Shown piece after piece: positions 33,230-35,464 of a stretch of DNA of 35,464 nt (its first letter is position 1; each line of letters starts with the position of its first letter). Where the stretch lies: the NCBI GenBank assembly GCA_001804205.1, contig MHFM01000009.1:21730-57193 (forward strand), given 5' to 3'. The notes beneath the pieces were generated by a model. It was not told where the DNA came from. It made no database searches and saw only the letters and a list, made by a program, of their open reading frames with translations. Both the position numbers and the translations under genes were made by a program. The DNA comes from Omnitrophica bacterium RIFCSPLOWO2_01_FULL_45_10b. Lineage in GTDB: Bacteria; Omnitrophota; Omnitrophia; Omnitrophales; Danuiimicrobiaceae.

Positions 33230-33434
33230 ATTAAGGTTTTTAAAAAGTGTTTAGCTCCTATGAAAAGAGTGCCTGTAGGGTAGGGGTTATGCAAATTTTA
33301 TTTTTTATCTAACTTAAGATAATTTGACTTTTTAAACTGATATACGACAATGTAAGACAATAAAGGTCAATAACTTAGGGGTTTAAGGTTCTGATTTTTA
33401 TAGTTTAAGCACCTCTTAAAACCAATAGGAAATT

Positions 33435-34473
33435 ATGCTCAAAATCCACCAAAAGCGCTTCATCGGACACTTAGACCTGGACTGCTTTTTCGTCTCCTGT
33501 GAACGGATTAAAAATCCTGCGCTTGTAGGCAAACCCGTTATTGTCGGCGGCAACCAAACCACCCGTGGCGTCGTTTCCTCAGTTTTTAAATGAAGTGGTA
33601 CCGGTGGTGGAACAAGCTTCGATTGATGAATTTTATTTGGATTTAACGGGCTGCGAACGGATTTATCCTGAGATACTTTCCTTCGGCAGTTTTGTGAAAG
33701 AATATTTAGCTAAGGAGTTAAAACTTCCTTGCACCATTGGAATTGCTTCCAATAAGTTAGTTTCAAAGATTGCGGTCAATCAAGTGAAACCAAATGGTTT
33801 GATTCAAATTGAGCACGGCAGAGAAGCTGAATTTCTGGCGCCGCTTCCGGTCGGTGAGATGCCGGGAATTGGGAAAGCAACTCAGCGCGAAATGGACAAA
33901 CTGGGCATCCGTACATTGGGTCAAATTGCCGCCGCATCGGAATCATTTTTAGGCGGTTATTTTGGCGCCTGGGGAATTGAGTTTAAGCAGTTGGCAATGG
34001 GCGTGGATGATGCGCCCGTTACGCCATGGTCGGATCCCAAAAGCATCGGCCGAGAAACTACTTTTGAACATGACGTTGGAGATTCTGATCACTTGCTCTC
34101 GATTCTTTCTTCTTTTATTGAAGAGTGTTCAGCAGAACTTCGGAAATACCATTTTAAGGCCCGGACGGTTACGGTGAAGTTTCGCCTTCCGGATTTCACC
34201 ACCTTTGAGCGTTCCAAAACAGTCCCCGCCACCGATGATGAAGTGGAAATCTATAAGACGGCTGAAACATTGTTTCTCAAACATTGGAAGAGGGATGTAA
34301 AATTAAGGCTGATTGGCGTAAGTGTTTCTCATTTTACAACTCCTCAAAAAAATCAGGATTTATTTCCGGACACAAGCCGCGAGAAACGAGAGCAAATTGC
34401 AAAACAAGTGGATCAAATCCGCGCCAAATATGGTTTTGAAGCCATCCATTTAGGAAGTTCTCTCCGTATTTAG
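33435..34473 (+). pseudogene. dinB: DNA polymerase IV (dinB) disrupted by an internal out-of-frame deletion
   Basis: Frame A 33435..33593 encodes MLKIHQKRFIGHLDLDCFFVSCERIKNPALVGKPVIVGGNQTTRGVVSS, then VFK and a stop. Frame B (track ORF 33541..34473) resumes at FLNEVVPVVEQASIDEFYLDLTG and continues through the HhH, thumb and little-finger regions. About 40-45 residues that sit between these blocks in E. coli DinB are absent. Confidence 0.75.
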
Positions 34474-34492
34474 AGCGTCTAACAAAAGCCGT

Positions 34493-34607
34493 GTCATCCT
34501 GAGCCCTTCGCCTGTCACCCTGAGCGAAGCGAAGGGTCTCAGGCTCAGGGTAAACTCCGCGAAGGATCTCTGATCGTAGATTCTTCGGGCTGTGCCCTCA
34601 GAATGAC
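34493..34607. repeat. compound palindromic repeat, GTCATCCTGAGC/CTCAGAATGAC family
   Basis: GTCATCCTGAGC... at 34493 and ...GCCCTCAGAATGAC ending at 34607. Inner GTCACCCTGAGCGAAGCGAAGGGTCTCAGGCTCAGGGTAAAC has a 9-bp stem ACCCTGAGC/GCTCAGGGT. It is the same subfamily as the inner element at 21012..21066. Confidence 0.75.
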
Positions 34608-34640
34608 ATTTCTGTTAGGTGCTCTTAGCTGGAATGTTTC

Positions 34641-34669
34641 TGGTCAAGCGACGCCGTTTTCCGTATAAT
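34641..34669 (+). promoter_or_regulatory. sigma70-type promoter candidate placed 8 nt upstream of the SDR start codon
   Basis: TGGTCA (34641..34646), a 17-nt spacer, TATAAT (34664..34669). ATG at 34678. No SD lies in between. Confidence 0.4.
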
Positions 34670-34677
34670 CTATTTGT

Positions 34678-35464
34678 ATGAGTTTTCCTGCCAATCAGGG
34701 CAAACCCTGGGTTCTTATCACAGGTGCTTCTTCCGGAATCGGCGAAGTTTTTGCGAAGCGTTTTGCCCATGAAGGATGGAATATTGTTTTGAATGGGCGT
34801 TCCGCCGATAAATTAGAATCCCTTGCTAAAACTCTGGCTGCTGAGAATGAGACAGAAACAGTTGTGATCAAGGCCGATTTAGCGTTGCGTGAGTCCCCTC
34901 GGAATATTTATGAAGAGTTGAAGCGCAGGAAAATTGAACTTTATGGCTTGGTTAATAATGCGGGTTTTGGATTTGGGGGGGCATTTGCGGAGGTTCCGTT
35001 GGATCAGTATTTGGGAATGATTGATGTCATGATTCGCGCTCTTGTCGAATTGAGCGGGCTATTTCTTCCTGAAATGATACGCCGTAAGCGAGGCCTTATC
35101 ATCAATGTTTCTTCAACGGCTTCTTTTACGCCGCTTCCGTACTCCTCAGTTTATTCCGCTTCCAAAGCGTTTGCCACGTCATTTACAGAAGCGCTTTGGC
35201 TTGAGACTCAAGGAACCGGTGTCCGAATTCTCAACTTATGTCCGGGCCTTACCAAAACGGATTTTGGGATTCGTGCGGGACTGCGGGATTTTCGCGATGA
35301 TCCTTTTGCGCAGAGCCCCGAAGAAGTTGTCGAAACGGCATTTCGCGCCCTTAAAGGAAACTCACCGATCGCTATTTCGGGTCTGCGGAATAAAATTCTT
35401 ACGTTCTTAATCCGTTATTTTCCTCATTGGTTTGTGTTGCGAGTTGTTTTATGGGTTCAAAAAA
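34678..35464 (+). CDS. short-chain dehydrogenase/reductase (SDR), 3' end beyond the window
   Basis: Not in the supplied track because there is no stop in the window. My translation from ATG 34678 is open to the window end. It shows TGASSGIG, NNAG and the catalytic YSASK. Track ORF 35105..35410 is an out-of-frame shadow. Confidence 0.85.
   Translation, partial: MSFPANQGKPWVLITGASSGIGEVFAKRFAHEGWNIVLNGRSADKLESLAKTLAAENETETVVIKADLALRESPRNIYEELKRRKIELYGLVNNAGFGFGGAFAEVPLDQYLGMIDVMIRALVELSGLFLPEMIRRKRGLIINVSSTASFTPLPYSSVYSASKAFATSFTEALWLETQGTGVRILNLCPGLTKTDFGIRAGLRDFRDDPFAQSPEEVVETAFRALKGNSPIAISGLRNKILTFLIRYFPHWFVLRVVLWVQK

Noticed and set aside
33230-33434. LexA/SOS box upstream of dinB
   Set aside because: No CTGT-N8-ACAG or GAAC-N4-GTTC palindrome is seen. 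There is only a weak TTGACT-N16-GACAAT promoter-like match in an AT-rich spacer.
35105-35410. 101-aa ORF (MFLQRLLLRRFRTPQF...)
   Set aside because: It is out of frame inside the SDR gene, whose own frame shows TGASSGIG, NNAG and YSASK and stays open to the window end.
1-35464. tRNA, rRNA, tmRNA, integrase/transposase genes or prophage boundaries
   Set aside because: No T-arm GGTTCGAATCC-like motifs, rRNA-like segments or recombinase-like ORFs were found on either strand. Gene content and orientation look like core chromosome apart from the 27.4-34.6 kb stretch.

Overview
This window looks like a chromosomal segment from a diderm, probably uncultivated bacterium. It carries an LpxL-type lipid A acyltransferase and three TIGR04073-like small secreted proteins, but the lineage cannot be fixed from sequence alone. 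I support about 36 protein-coding genes. Most are housekeeping: SufS-like desulfurase, greA, Zn-ADH, O-methyltransferase, polX, nth, queG, queD, trxA, aguB-aguA, lpxL-like, a pseudouridine synthase, a thioesterase, a radical SAM protein, a LacD-type aldolase, an aldo/keto reductase (AKR), NUDIX, plsC, apgM, a second class V aminotransferase, a metallophosphoesterase and a partial SDR. I saw no rRNA, tRNA, CRISPR array, transposase, integrase or recognisable defense genes. Five things deserve a second look. (1) A 1,675-aa secreted modular giant protein (28202..33229, minus strand) has five tandem Cys-pair modules on PEPEPTPEP stalks, a roughly 520-aa core I cannot assign, and two FN3-like domains. 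It sits next to two unknown small ORFs and a decayed dinB. (2) There are at least three families of short palindromic or TIR-bounded repeats. The GTCATTGCGAGC...GAAGCAATC family behaves like Rickettsia palindromic elements. It sits in frame inside an anti-sigma-like gene and inside aguA. It also supplies the stop of aguB and the start of aguA, and it occurs nested with a sister family. (3) An 87-nt element occurs twice, each time filling exactly the gap between the stop codon of one gene and the start codon of the next. Its 14-nt terminal arms can sequester the downstream SD. (4) An ECF sigma module is led by a secreted protein made of about 20 charged RED(V/I)RDR heptads and is preceded by an AAC-N16-CGTC promoter-like motif. 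(5) dinB carries an internal out-of-frame deletion. All calls come from reading the sequence by eye; no database search was run.
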